A DNA stretch of 61,848 nt, counting the filler, from Platydemus manokwari (lineage: Eukaryota), in the NCBI GenBank assembly GCA_037951405.1. It is 6 parts of 6 records of this genome, joined end to end, with 100 filler letters (N's around TTAATTAATTAA, not from the genome) between each part and the next. Parts side by side here need not be neighbours in the genome. Positions count along the whole stretch, not along the records: positions 20,771 to 32,063 come from JBBMOY010792203.1; positions 32,164 to 41,812 come from JBBMOY011222544.1; positions 41,913 to 52,255 come from JBBMOY011142993.1; 3 more parts are not named here. One strand, written 5' to 3'. The position numbers and the translations under genes are program-made. Of this stretch, positions 27,901 through 42,185 are shown in pieces. Below the pieces are notes generated by a model. That model was not told the origin of the DNA, made no database searches, and worked only from the letters and a program-made list of their open reading frames with translations. Position 1 is the first letter of the stretch. Each line of letters starts with the position of its first letter.

Positions 27901-30900
27901 ATAATATATTTGTTCCATTTGTTGAGTCAATCAGATAATCTCCATGACACTTACATTTTCTCATTTGAAATTCTCAACATACATCATTCAATTATATTAA
28001 TCACGTTATCAATTCTCGATCAGCTTATCAAAGTCATATTTTCTTTTATTTCAACAATCGACCGACATCAAAATTCATAAGATTTGGTAAATTAAAAAAA
28101 CGTACTTGAAATATATATATAAATAAAATTCCGATAAAGTAGATCAAAAACCCTCAAGATAATTCCAATTAAAATCCAAATTATAAATCAGATTCCAGTT
28201 GTCAGTAATTGCCAATCAATTAAAACATTTTAATAATCTACAAATATATCCATCATGTCACAATACAACACCATACTGTTTATTATTTAATGAAATTGTG
28301 TATTTTGTGGAACGATTTTGTATGTGCTTTGGTGTTGCTATTTTTATATAGTACTGTAAAAGTTTATGTTTGTTTTAATTGACTAACGTATGATAGACTT
28401 AATTTAAAGCTTTCTTATCAATCACCACGATCAATACTGAAAGAATATTCAGTATCACATCTTTGTTTAAGTGGTTTTCTTGAAATATTTCTGAACTGGA
28501 TGACGGTTATATGGAACAATCTGTATTGTAAGTTTTGCTTTCTAATAATGTGAATGTTGTATGACAATTAAATATTTATAAAACACAAACAAAAATTACT
28601 CATCCGCCTGTATTAATATTTAGTTAATCTATTTCGACCAATGTAAGTTGCAAATGCTTTATGAAGAATGCACTGCCAATGATTGGAAAGTCACGACGCC
28701 AAATTATGTATCAGTGATTCCAAAACTTTTCGGGCAAACCGACCCCTTTTCAGAATAAACCCCAAACTAACCCACACCAAATTCTTTTAACTTTTAGTAG
28801 CATCTTATAAAAAATCTTAATGTTACTATCTTGTTCATTAAATATATTAAATAGATATCTATATTAGGTAGACACAGTGCATTTTGAAAGTAAGAACATA
28901 TTAATTGCACTTAGAATGGATTTTAATATAAAAACTTGATATTATGTTGATGAGAAGGATGAATCTGGTGTGGTGCTACCAATTTTGTAATATTGAGTGC
29001 GCGATTACACATAATTCAATAAAATATAGTGAGAACGTGCAGTACGTTGTTTAAAGACAAATCAAGCGTTTTGAGCAAACGACAAAACTTTGTTATATTT
29101 CTTGCTCAAGAAAATAAATTTCTTATAATATGTGTAACTCAAAGTTATTATATATATGAATCGGATCAGATTATGTGAAATTATTTCCTTAATTGTTTGA
29201 TTGACAATTATTTTTCCGTTATTTTTCAGCTGTTTCTATTTTTATTTCCACTGATTTTCGTGAATTCTTCTAATTTTACTTCATTTCAAGTACAGTTTTT
29301 CTTATTGCGAATTCAAATTTGATTCCTTCTTAAATTTTTATTTTTCCTGACTTTTCGTACTTTAATCGGCTTTATTAATCTTATTATTAAATAATTATTA
29401 TTGATTTTATCATTAATAATAATAATAATAATTTTATACACTAATGTTCCTCTTATTATATTTGTTTACTTATTTTATTAGCTGTTATTTCAATCCTTCT
29501 ATACATTGGTACTTATTTATTTATAGCTAGTTTTATCTGTTCTCACTGTACTATTATATCTTACATTATTTTTAATACTATATCGCTGCATTTCCCTACA
29601 ATTTGGCATTTATATAAAGGTATTAATCAATAACTCAAATAATTTAAATTTCTTGATCATTATTATATTGGGGTTCTGTCCACATTGGAAAAAATATGTG
29701 GACACATTTGCATGACAATACGTATGAAATGAGTATTAATTTTCATTGTATCAATTTTTATTTAATCACCATGTATTTTTTTTATATTTTGACAACTTTT
29801 GGAATTTTTAGCAAAAACTACTTTAAAATATTGGTATTTATAATAATAATTATTTATATATACGTAAAATAATAATATCATTAAACCCACCAGTGCAAAT
29901 CCGTCGAAAATTCTCTAAAATAAAATATCAATACGCATTAAAATATCGCGCATAAACAGCGACAAATAATTTCTCATCTATTTTCGCGCATGTAAATTAT
30001 ATCACAGAATAAAATAATCACTCCATTAAATTTAATAGAGAGATATTTTCTCTATCTAATAAATTTATTCAAAGAGAATATTTCTCACCGGTGAATAAAT
30101 TCTATCGAGTGATTCACACTGCCTATATTAGGCAGTAGTCACAATTAACTTGGCCATTATTTTCACTGCCATAAATCTCACTGACAAAATTTCACTGCCA
30201 CAGTTATACGAAGATATGTCATTTTGCAAGACAATCTAGTGCACAGTAGAAGATCGTTCAGAGCAGAAGATGAAAATTCCATATATTCCCAGTATTTACT
30301 GGATGTCTCCTCAGTAAGATCCCTTCTTGTAAGACACTGATCTATATCATATATCGTATCTTTTTATTCCTATTATAGAGTTTGTTGTTCAAAATTCTTG
30401 AAGGTAAACGGTTCTGTTCCAAGAGAAGGAGTTTGTTAATCGTCTTTAATTCTGGAAGTTGTATGGTCCCTTATAAGTGTAACTTGATATATAGTGTAAT
30501 TAAAAACTCATTTGTAATTTTATGGTGCTATTGTTAATCAGCTTTTGTATTGGTTTCATTATCAATAAACATTTGTAATAATAAGTTTCAGTTCTTATTT
30601 ATATAGGGATCATAAATCATTATTTATAATTATTGTTATAAACATAGTTGATAGTTTAAGAAGGTTTAAATAATGTTGAGACTGATAATTAAGTTAATTA
30701 AAATATATTACTACTGCCACACCTATTGTCTTCACATAATAAGATTGTGTGAAGTGAAGGAACAACAGAATAAGGTAGAATACACCGGTGGCCTTAATCA
30801 AGAGCTCATAGAGACTGATTAAGACAGCAGTGGTACCAAATAGGATTAAGCTTCGTTAGACAATAAATTCAATAAGCCCGAACGTTACAATTATAAAAAT

Positions 30901-32063
30901 AAAAGTTATAGAATTATGAATCACGTATGCATTACAAAATAATAAATCGAGATAATTTTAAGGCAAAGCACAAAAAGGCGAATACTAGTTTTGGCCTGAC
31001 CCATGGGCCAACCGATGCCATACATTAATCACTTATTAAAGTTTTGATTTTCGAATTGTTAGTGTCATTACTTTTTGAAGACTGATTGTTAGCTTGATGT
31101 ACCAAGCACACATGCCAGAATGGGTTGTTGGGTTTTGTACTCATGGTCTACAGATTTTGTGAATGAATCCAGATCTTATCAAATCTCATCGTTCAATTAA
31201 ATGTCGTATTATCTACATTTTCATGAATATTATAAACACTTCTTTTCAAATTGTCAAATCGATAATTTGTACTTGGTTATCAATTAGTGACCACTACAGC
31301 AACTAAATCATAATTGCTTATATAAATGGAGGTTAGATAAAGATTCAAGGTCTTGATTTAAGATTTTTATTTTTATAATTATTTTAGAGAATTTCCGAAA
31401 AATGTTGCCATAAATGAAATGAGAAAAATAATTATTTATTCAATGTTTAAAAAGTTTAATAAAAATATGACCAAAAATATTTCCATTGGAAATCAAATTT
31501 GAAGAAACAAGGGGTAATAGTGTTTGTAACCTAATGCAAAAGTAAGTTATTGCTTAATCCAACTTATAAACACCGTTTGTTAAAATTACTTGATAATATT
31601 TAGTTACTTATTATAATTAGTAATATATAAAAAATAAATATTCTATTTTCGAATAAGATTTTATTTTTATTGAAGTTATACAATTTTGGATTTGGCAACT
31701 GTTGGCAGTGTCTGACAAAAAGATGCTTCGTAATCACATTCGAAGCTATGCGAATCAGATCTATGAAATATTTTACTGCTTTAAACATCTAATTGATCAG
31801 AATATCACATGGTTCGATAAACCGACCAGTAATGTCGGTGATTGTGATAACTCGAGGAGCTATTGAGGAATTAGATTATTGAGGAGTTATATCTTATTTA
31901 AATTATTATAAAAGCTTTAAAAAAATCGAAATACATTCTTTTATGCAATAATATTTGAAAATAGTTGAATTTAATAGCATTAATATATAATGAAGGTAAT
32001 GTTTGTAATCAAGTAAAATGTTTTTTAATATTACTATACTAACATTCTAATTTATTTATATTT

Positions 32064-32163
32064 NNNNNNNNNNNNNNNNNNNNNNNNNNNNNNNNNNNNN
32101 NNNNNNNTTAATTAATTAANNNNNNNNNNNNNNNNNNNNNNNNNNNNNNNNNNNNNNNNNNNN
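32064..32163. other. Artificial contig linker
   Basis: N44-TTAATTAATTAA-N44. Confidence 0.97.
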
Positions 32164-32164
32164 G

Positions 32165-32767
32165 GTTTATGAAGGTGAACGGACAATGACCAAAGATAAT
32201 AATTTGTTGGGGAAATTTGATTTAGTTGGAATTCCACCAGCACCAAGAGGAATACCTCAGATTGAAGTAACTTACGATATCGATGCAAACGGAATTTTGA
32301 ACGTTTCAGCTGTTGAACGTGGTACTGGTAGAGAAAGTAAAATTACCATAACCAATGACAAAGGAAGGTTAAGCAAAGATCAAATAGATAAAATGATATC
32401 CGATGCTGATAAATTTCGAAATGACGATGAAAAGCAAAGGGAAACAATAACTGCAAAAAATGCTTTGGAAACATATGCATATACAATGAAACAAACTCTT
32501 GAAGATAATAACGTTAAGTCTAAGATTTCAGAATCCGAACAGCAAACTATAATTAATAAATGCAATGAAACAATTAAATGGCTTGACCAAAACCAAACAG
32601 CTGAGAAAGATGAATTTGAAGATAAACGCAAAGAATTGGAATCTGTTTGTAATCCTATCATAGCAAAAATATATCAAGGTGCAACTTGTGGACCTGGAGG
32701 TTGTCCAACCAGACCTGGTGGCGGTGGCGGTGGTGGTGGTGGTCCGAAGATTGAAGAAGTTGATTAA
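32165..32767 (+). CDS. hsp70: Cytosolic Hsp70/Hsc70, C-terminal part, truncated by the contig start
   Basis: [45 protein letters not shown]...[12 protein letters not shown]...GPKIEEVD. Confidence 0.97.
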   Translation, partial: VYEGERTMTKDNNLLGKFDLVGIPPAPRGIPQIEVTYDIDANGILNVSAVERGTGRESKITITNDKGRLSKDQIDKMISDADKFRNDDEKQRETITAKNALETYAYTMKQTLEDNNVKSKISESEQQTIINKCNETIKWLDQNQTAEKDEFEDKRKELESVCNPIIAKIYQGATCGPGGCPTRPGGGGGGGGGPKIEEVD

Positions 32768-32953
32768 ATCTTACTTAGAATGTTATTTTATTTTGAATTT
32801 GATAAACATGATTTTTTTTTCTCTGATTTAAATTTAATTGAAAAAAATATAAAACAAAATTGTTGTTTTAATTTATTATTTTATTCAAAACATCCAATAA
32901 CAATTTACAATTTTTCTAAAAATAAAATTTATTGAAACAGAACCTCAATATCA

Positions 32954-35900
32954 ATGTCAGAAAAAAAAGATAATCCTGACTCATCTGAAGATTTATCTCC
33001 GAGAAGTAGTCCATCTGTTCCGTTTATGAATTCATGTAATGATGGTTTATTAATTTATTGCTAATTTTCTGCTTAATAGCATCACCAACTGTTTTTATTT
33101 CTTTTGATGATTTAATGAAAGCATCTACGTCAGTTGCAAATATGACTTTAGCTCATGAAATTGCAATTGATAATGAATTTAAACTTCAAAAGTTCGAACC
33201 TTCTAGTAAAAGGTCTTAAATTTTTATTTTAACAAATTTTTAATATGATGCTATTAATAACATTAGCTTAGAAGGTCAAATTAAAAACACTATGATGGCT
33301 GCTTTTTGGGATATTTTGAGCTCTCAAATCAATTCTGATCCACCAGAATATACTCAAGCATTATCATTATTGAAAGAAGTACGAGAAGAAATCAAGGCTT
33401 TATTATTGCCAAGACAAGAACGAATTCGTAATCGAATCGACGAAGAGCTTGATTTAGATTTGATAAAGCAACAACTGGAAAAAAATGCATTCAATTTACA
33501 AACATATGCAGATTTTATTATTGAAATAATGGGGAAACTTTGTGCTCCCGTTCGAGATTCGGATATTGAAAATCTGAAACAACTCACAGATCCAGTTGAA
33601 TTATACAAGTAAATTAGAATTATTGTTAAATGTGAGTGGAATATATATATGTATGGGTTATGAAATATAGAGGCATATTTCGAGTCATTGATCTAATGAA
33701 GATGGATATGGCCAATTTTACCATTCTGCAAATGCGTCCATATATTCAACAACAATCGGTCGTTTATGAGAAGAAGAAATTTCAAGAATATATGGATGCT
33801 CAAACGAGTTAGATTTTTCTTGGAATTATTGTTACTTTATTCAGCAATTGTTTTATCGAATCAAATTTGATTGAGTTTTAATTTTTCATGATTTAATTTG
33901 ATTTGAAATTAATTAATTAGAATAATTGATGAGATTTGCTATGATTGCTTGTTTGTTATTATTGAATAATTAATTAATTAGATTAACTTCGATATTATCG
34001 ATTATCAGAGGTTTGATGTTCTAATTTTTGATTGATCATAATAATAATAAATTAGTTAATTAGATTAACTTCGATATTATCGATGATCAGAGGTTTGATG
34101 TTCTAATTTTTGATTGATCAAAATAATAATAAATTAGTTAATTAGATTAACTTTTTAACTGCTGATGATCACATCCATGATATTCTTAAATCATAATTAA
34201 TAATTAAAATAATCGATTAAAATTGTTATTATCAAATTAATTAATTAGGAAATTTGATTAAATTTGTGCGTATGTCCTCGGTTATTATTTTCAAATTAAT
34301 TAATTTTTTAATTATTGAGATATATTAATTTTTAATGATCACCTGGTCGATGTTTTTAAATTATAATTAATAAGATTAGCCTTGATCACGTGATTAATTC
34401 ATTGTAAATAGTTTATTTTTAATAATTTATTATTTTCTTTATTGTTTATCATTTTTCAACTATTTCACAATCAACAATAAAGAGCATCGGTAATCCAATT
34501 GGTTAGTGCAAATGACAACACGAGCATTATCTGGAAACACACAAACCGTTCTAATTGAGTCCAGCTTTCAATGCGATTGAATCAGCAAATAAAATGAAAG
34601 AAATAATTACTAAAAGGGCAATTAATATCGAATATTCAGAATTGATTTGCAGTAGTAGTAGTCCTTTCAATTAGCTTTGATAGGATTGGTTTTCGGGTTA
34701 GGGTTGCTTGGAGCAATACAGGCATAGTTCATGATATGCAATTGTTGAGAGCATAAAATCCAGACTTCGATAAAATGATTCATGGACCAATAGACATCTT
34801 GATCATGTTTATAAACCAATTATAAGAGCATACTATACATTGTTAAGGCTATTGTTAAACTGCTAACTTGGTGAAGAATTCATAATTCGTTTCTTATATT
34901 GAACTTACGATAATGGAATGTAATCACGAGGTTGATTATTAATATTTCTGATGTCTGCTTAGCCTTCGGTTTCGGTTCCTAAAAATAGTAACATTAAGTA
35001 CTTATAAAATTAATCGATGTCACATGTTTAATTGTTGTCATTGGTCTTTGATTGGTCAATTTCTATATTATCGATTAAATTAATTTAACAAATAAATCAT
35101 TTTACATTGAAGATTGTTTGATTGTAAATATATGTGAAGTGGATTGGTCAATGTGGTTTGAATTAATTTTTGAAAATATGAAGATTTTATTCTTGAAATT
35201 AATTTTAAGAAATCAATATCGACGGGCTGGCTATTACAAAAATGTGGTTGGGCAATGTTTACAAGGATCTCATTGAGACATCATCAAATGTCAGCAATTT
35301 GTCACCGAATATAGTGTTGAGTAAAGCTTATCTGAGCTTGTTAGATTGGGATGAAAATCGCCCCTTTCCTGAGGTTTTTTATTGGATATGATAATAGATA
35401 TTGATTGGTGATGGGTTGATATTAGTGTGCGGCCATGGATGAATTGCGATTAGTAGTCATGGGTGAAACAATAAAGAGATTATTGCTTGTATCGACATTG
35501 ATTCTCGTAGCAAGCTCTTATTATACTGTTCAAATCGATACAGTCAATCTCAAAGAAGCTATCAAGAGTCATTGTTTAGCTATATTGACTGACTGTACAA
35601 GCAAGTGAGCCAGTGATGGATGGTCGGTACGATGTTAATGTGATATGTTGTAGGCAATTCTGTGATAAACGAGACAGTCTCAGCGAACAAATCGTCATCG
35701 ATATAAGCCAACATGCTCGAACCCATGGAGTGGAAATATCGAATGAAAAATTATCAGAAATGCGTTCAGTGCTGAATAATGCTGTCGATCCATCCCATCG
35801 AGTTCACAAGTTGCTCAGTAAGCATTTTTCATGCTATCAATCAATATCCAGACATATATCTATTTATCTCATCTTTTCCCCATCTTCATGTGAATATTAT

Positions 35901-36151
35901 GTCTCCCAGATCGAAACGATATATATTATTTGATTTATTATTGTTTATTTCCAGAGGACCGCATGTGGGAATTTTTATCCCAAATCGTTCTATCGGATCA
36001 CAGAGACCCCCTTCAAATACCTCAAGGCTTGAATTGTGTGCAGGAAGAAATCAGACAAATCCTGGGCCAATTGATGCGTATCATGGCTCATAATCGTAAC
36101 GTGTTCGGCTCATATTATGATGACATCCTTCACGGTATCATGGATAAATGA
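32954..36151 (+). CDS. TCP11L: T-complex protein 11-like (exons ~32954-33044, 33080-33212, 33268-33608, 33671-33807, 35210-35373, 35427-35603, 35654-35817, 35955-36151)
   Basis: [87 protein letters not shown]: TCP11 family motifs. Short GT-AG introns plus one ~1.4-kb intron. Exon limits are approximate. Confidence 0.9.
33970..34153. repeat. ~82-nt tandem duplication (two units plus a partial) in a TCP11L intron
   Basis: aattagattaacttcgatattatcgat(t/g)atcagaggtttgatgttctaatttttgattgatca.. occurs twice in tandem. Confidence 0.85.
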
Positions 36152-39098
36152 AATCAATCAAGCAAGCCACAGTGTTGAACTCTCTAGAATCGATAGCATT
36201 GAATAACTGGGTTCTTTTCTCTCTCATTTAATTGGACTTACTTTGAAATTGTGTTCCGGTTTTATCAACTTTTTTTCGATGTGTATCACATGTGTTAATA
36301 TTTGGTTCTATTGGCGTATTGAATAAATTATTTATACTCCCATCCATACCCACACAGAATCGCAACGAGATACATAAAAAGAGGGCTAAAGGTTTAATGA
36401 TTGCATCTGGGATTTATTTGGTGTGATTTGAGAGGATTTAAGGTTTATTTAGAAAATGATAATTGGAAATCCATGAAGGTGGCGAACCGGTAGAGTGGTA
36501 CTGGTTTTCTCTTTGACACTTCAATCTGATGAGGGCATCAGTTTCGTGTGATTTTCGCATGTCATATTTTTTACCAATATGCAGTCTTCGGATTAATTAT
36601 GTAATGATATTTGATCATTTATTTCAAACAGTTTGCATGCATTTATGAGAAAAATATTTAATATGGAGCATGTTTCTTGTGGATCAATGTTGAATTAGCA
36701 AAGATTTTGATAACGGTTTTGTCGAGTTTTTATTGGCTGACTTTGTGGATAGTTTTGTTTGAGAAATTAGTTTGATTGGTTGAAAATGTGACGTAAAAAG
36801 TTGTTGTGTCATATTGTATTATAGGGGTACACACTAATTATTATTCACAATCTGATAAAAATCAGTGTGATGCCGAATAATAAAAACAATTCTATATAAG
36901 ATTATATAAAATCTTTGCTTTAATAAAATAACTTGTGCTCCTTTTGACTGGCTAAATTTTATGATAGTAGATATTACCAGTCATTTAAGAAAAAATTAGG
37001 TTTTTATAATACGATTTAAAAAACAATTTCTGAAAAAAAATACCGAAATATTCGATTATTTATATTTTTAACGTCATAAATTCTCATAGACGTGATAATG
37101 TGAAAATCTCAGATGCTAAACGAATTCTGAATTTCGTGATAATTTCAGATTAAATGATACAACATAGATGTATCATTTTTTTAAGTTTTCACATTCATTT
37201 CCTTGTATACAAGCACTCTAGAAAACATGAATGTGATGTATTATAACTGCGAAATGAATAATGTCTTGTTTTTAGGATGTTCACATATCAATTTTTTCTC
37301 GCACACACTATGATACTATGGTTACACAGTACAACTGAAAAGAAACTTAGTCATGTTAATTGTTATCATAGATATCTACTATTCAAAAAATATAGTTATA
37401 ATCATATTGTCAACATTCGCACTTTACAGCTTTTAGTTAATTATCAAGCAAAATTTAATTATTATTAATCTTTGCACGCTAGCTAATCTTAAATGAATTA
37501 AAAATCTTGTGCTCCGTGTATTTATTGTATTGATTATATTCGATTTTGAGAATTCAAAGAAATCCTATTAACTTATTCATCTTACTATTTATAACCTTAA
37601 TTTTATTATTATTATTGACTGCTTTGAATATTCTTATAAGTCGAATTTTAGAATAGACAGACTCCTCAACTCATTAATATAGAAAAAATCCAACTTATAA
37701 ATTTTAATAACATAAAATTACCAACCATTAAAGAGTACCAGTTGATATAGAGATTCAAGTCCTTTTTAAGCTTTGAGTCTGTTTCTTGTCTTATACCATT
37801 ACCTTTTTAATTCGCTAAAATCGTCTACATACTAGTTTATTGACAAATTTTCTTCTAACTTTCGGGTAATTTGTTTATCTTGCTGTTTGTTGTCTCTTGT
37901 GGATATCTGACGATTAATTATCAGATTATGTTTATGGATTAATATCATGGAGGTGTATGATTGTCTATTGGTGCGTGCGCTCATTGAATCTGTGTATCGA
38001 CAATTCAATAATTATTCCGTGATCTACGTATGTTTTTAGTTTGCTTTAGTAACATACTCAGTAGTTATAACTGCTCATACATTCTTTTGCTTAGTATTTT
38101 ATCGCAGAAACTTTAATGAAAGAATTAGAAAAACAAAAGAAATAAAATCACACTTCTTATATTTTAAGTCGTATAAATCCACGAGTAAAGATTTCATTTT
38201 TTTATATAAAGAAAAAATTTGAATGAAAGTTTAAAATCACTAACTTCTAATATATGAAATGAAAATGTAGTAACTGAATCAATCTAAATTTATCGATTAA
38301 TCTTGTATTCTGATCGTTTTAAAAATCGTTAACCTGTGATTGATTGTTATCTTGATTATGCAGACCGTTGAGACAAAAATGTCATTTGTTTTTACTTAAC
38401 TGATTACAAAGTTGAATACGAATTTTCTCAACAAATATGATTAGCGTATTTTTACATTATTGAATGTGAACTACTGTTGAATGCCGAACAAAGTTTAGCT
38501 GAAATTGATTAACCCGCAATATATACAAGCATGTTAAGTTATCCAATAATTTCAAAATGAAGTCAATAATACTATCGAATTGTTTAAATTTAATTTTATT
38601 CAATAAATTCTCATTTTTAAAAATAGCTAATTAATTCATTTATCTTAAATTAATCGCTATTTATCTCTGACAAACTGATCGAGACATTATTTATGAATAA
38701 TTTATTTATTTTATAAATATAATTATATTCTTACAAAATTGTTTTGCAAAATATTTATAATAATAATAGATCCAATTTAAAATTAACTTTCTAAATTAAG
38801 AATTGACAAAATTATAAATCTATAATTAAACTGTTGTTGATATTATGAGATTGGATAAAGAATCAAATCAAAATCCCAAATCTGTCATTCATTACCATAA
38901 ATATCACTAAATAACAACACAAAAAACTTGTTTTCATACCACATCAATTAAAGCATATTTCGTCCAAACAAAAAATGAATTCATTAAATTCTGTTGCTTT
39001 TTTTGAAAATAATTTCAAATTTATTTCGAATAAAATCCAATTAAAATGTTTTGTAAACACTAAAAGTGGTACTAAATAAATCATCATCATCATGTTTA

Positions 39099-39626
39099 CT
39101 ATTTCAGTGGACTATTTGTATATTTTTCTGGATATAAAGATCCCAGTGAATTAAATCCATTATTTTTGGCATTGTCAAATAAATATCCATTATCTTGGCA
39201 ATTGATGGCTGAGAGATTTTTATTTTTTCCATTGATGCATTGATAATAGACTACATTTGATCCAATATTGTTTAAACGGTAATTATTGGAATTATAACTG
39301 GTGATTTGATCGTCAACAGCCGCATAATGAACTGGATCTGATTCGCTTTCATTAACAACCGTTATTTGATTGTGTCCAAGAGTTTGTTTCATTGCTCGAA
39401 TGTATTGGATTGCCAATCGCAGTGTAGCAATTTTAGACAATTTCTGATAATCAGCTAAATGGGTTCTTGGTACTACTATTCTCAGATTGTCAAAAGCTTG
39501 ATTTAACATTTGCATTCGTTGTCTTTCTCGTTGGGTTGCTCTGGGTCGTCTTGAACGGACTCGCTTAAAATTCGGACCAATAATTTTATCAGTATTAATG
39601 TCGTGTTTTATAAACTTATCTGGCAT
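39099..39626 (-). CDS. Class A bHLH transcription factor (atonal/neurogenin/Mist superfamily), single exon
   Basis: RRPRATQRERQRMQMLNQAFDNLRIVVP..QKLSKIATLRLAIQYIRAM. Confidence 0.9.
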   Translation of the reverse strand: MPDKFIKHDINTDKIIGPNFKRVRSRRPRATQRERQRMQMLNQAFDNLRIVVPRTHLADYQKLSKIATLRLAIQYIRAMKQTLGHNQITVVNESESDPVHYAAVDDQITSYNSNNYRLNNIGSNVVYYQCINGKNKNLSAINCQDNGYLFDNAKNNGFNSLGSLYPEKYTNSPLK

Positions 39627-41812
39627 ATCAAATTAGAAATCTTGGATGAAATGAGGCTTGCTAATTACATCTAAGGCTTTTATAATTCTATATATGAATT
39701 GCATATGGTTATCTTAATGATCTTCCTGTTATTTTAACTCTGTTGGAAATTGTCAATGAGCTCCTTAAATAAACAAGGGGAATTTTCGCTAACGTATTTC
39801 CAATTACACCTTAACTGTCAAATAAATAAACGACTTCTACGATTACAATCAAAAGTCAAATATTATCTTATCAAATACTTAAATTATTTTCAACATAACA
39901 TAATTTTCTGATTCCATGTTGTAAAATTGTCATTCAAATGATGTGTCATGAAAATCGTATGTGGACTAGATTCATTACATATTTATTTTTGATATTTATA
40001 TTGTCAATACGATCGAGACTTTTTATAAATAATTCAAGTAGCTAATATTATATTTTCAGCGAATGATTCAAAACTGTTAAAAATTAAGAAATTCATAAAA
40101 ATTAAGCAATTCATATAAATTTAACTTATTGACAATTTATCATATGATAATAAGTCACCCTGCTCACGAGTTGTCTTGTTGGTATTGTATTTATTTCTCT
40201 GTACAGCTACATTAAATGTTCATATGTGGTCGTAACAAGAAATCTAATCTGATTTGAACTCAAGATATAAGTTAACATTGGTAAGAGGCATAATGGGTTA
40301 AGCTTTGTAATCCTAAGATTTTATCTTTTTGTGTGTTTGATTTTCAGTTGTCAACCATCATTAACAAAAATTTGGTAAGAATCTGTGACTTTTGAGAATG
40401 GTTGTTAATAAATCTCTGCCTTTATCCACTTGTGTGAATGCGTTTCACTGAAATGAATGGATTTTCTGCTTAATCATGGTTCTGATTGGTCATTGGTTTT
40501 GTATCTTGTTGTAGGCATGGATGTATAAATAAATAATTAGTAAAAGCAAGAATTACAAGGTACTAAAGGTCATTATTTTTATGATGTTCTTCATTACATC
40601 TAGATACGGACACTTCAAAATACCATGGAAATTACTTGGTTAAGTGATTGATAAATTTTTTAAAAAGTAATGTTAATAATACCATGTTATAATAATAAAA
40701 TTTTATCTTTCTATCAGTATGCTATTGACAAAAATCACACTTCAATCATTTAGAGTCTAATCATCCAATCAGCACAAAATTTAATTCGCAAGAATAAAAT
40801 GTTCCACGAAAATCGTCTTAGAAGGTTCACATAGGCTCAATGATTATAAATTTTAGCACTTTCAGTACTTCATAGAATAATTAATTTATCATTATTGCGT
40901 AACAATTAGCTATCCATTTTATTATTTGCTTGATAATATTATTAAATAATTTTTTGGGTTATTGATTATGATTTATTTATTTCTTCGTTCGTTTAGCTAT
41001 GATTGTAATTGATAAATATTAGCTTTAGTTTTAAGCACTAATTATAGGGGACTACGATAATCTGGTATTGAGGATCACGTTATCGGCAATATTACTATCT
41101 ACTGAATTAATCTAAAAGATCCTAAATCTAATTTAATAATAATTATTTTAGCTCAACAATGAAAAGATTATTTATAATGCATATTAATAATGATAAATTT
41201 CGCAGCTGTGTAAATGTATGTGTATTTAAAATATAAAACACTCACAAGATAATATATTATTGAAATTTATTTAAGAAATCAAAAGTGATAAAACTAATTG
41301 AAGATATAACAAAAAAATATTTCTATGTTCAGCGTGTCACGAAAGCGAGTATCTGATAATTCTAAGCGGATGGAGTAGATGTCGATTTAAAGAAGCGTTA
41401 ATCACGGCAAAGGTTATGATTAAAATAATCAATTACTAACATTGTGAATATATAAATGAATTATTAAAAATAAAAATACCATTTATCCGTTCAAGTGTTC
41501 GAATTTGTAGAATCAATATATATCCTTCACAATCACTGCTCAAATTCAAGTATATTCCGAAATTGTTAAGATAATGGCACAATTATGATTCTCGAAAATT
41601 GATAGTTCCAAAATGGTTTTCTCAAAACGATGTGTTCACAAGGTGGGATTTCTCAAAGTCTGTGATGATTTCATGCATTCCTGATCTGTAAACTGACAAT
41701 ATTTGCACATTTTTCACAGTACTCCAAATGATGATTTAATAATATCTTTTCTTATGATAAATTATAAATATGCTTTTTTCACATGTAAACTGTTAATTTT
41801 ATTTGTTTTATG

Positions 41813-41912
41813 NNNNNNNNNNNNNNNNNNNNNNNNNNNNNNNNNNNNNNNNNNNNTTAATTAATTAANNNNNNNNNNNNNNNNNNNNNNNNNNNNNNNN
41901 NNNNNNNNNNNN
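41813..41912. other. Artificial contig linker
   Basis: N44-TTAATTAATTAA-N44. Confidence 0.97.
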
Positions 41913-41955
<43 letters not shown>

Positions 41956-41980
41956 CATCATCATCATCATCATCATCATC
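41913..41980. repeat. Compound (TAA)n(CAT)n microsatellite at the contig start
   Basis: Read directly from the sequence. Confidence 0.9.
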
Positions 41981-42185
41981 ACCATATAACATGTATCTTG
42001 TGGTTTAACAATGTATATTAATTTCAATAACTTTTCATAACGCAGTTTGTTTAGAAAATAAATGAGTTTGCGATAATTACAAATCACAATTATTAAGTTT
42101 CCTCACGTATATTGATTTATAATTTCTGAATTATAAACATGCCGAAATTGAAAATACTTTATTTGAAAAAAATTGTCTGTTACAG

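Noticed and set aside
33970-34153. CRISPR-like array
   Set aside because: Simple tandem duplication without unique spacers, inside a eukaryotic intron.
41857-42087. Poly-Met/poly-Ile ORF
   Set aside because: Translation of a (CAT)n(TAA)n microsatellite running into Ns.
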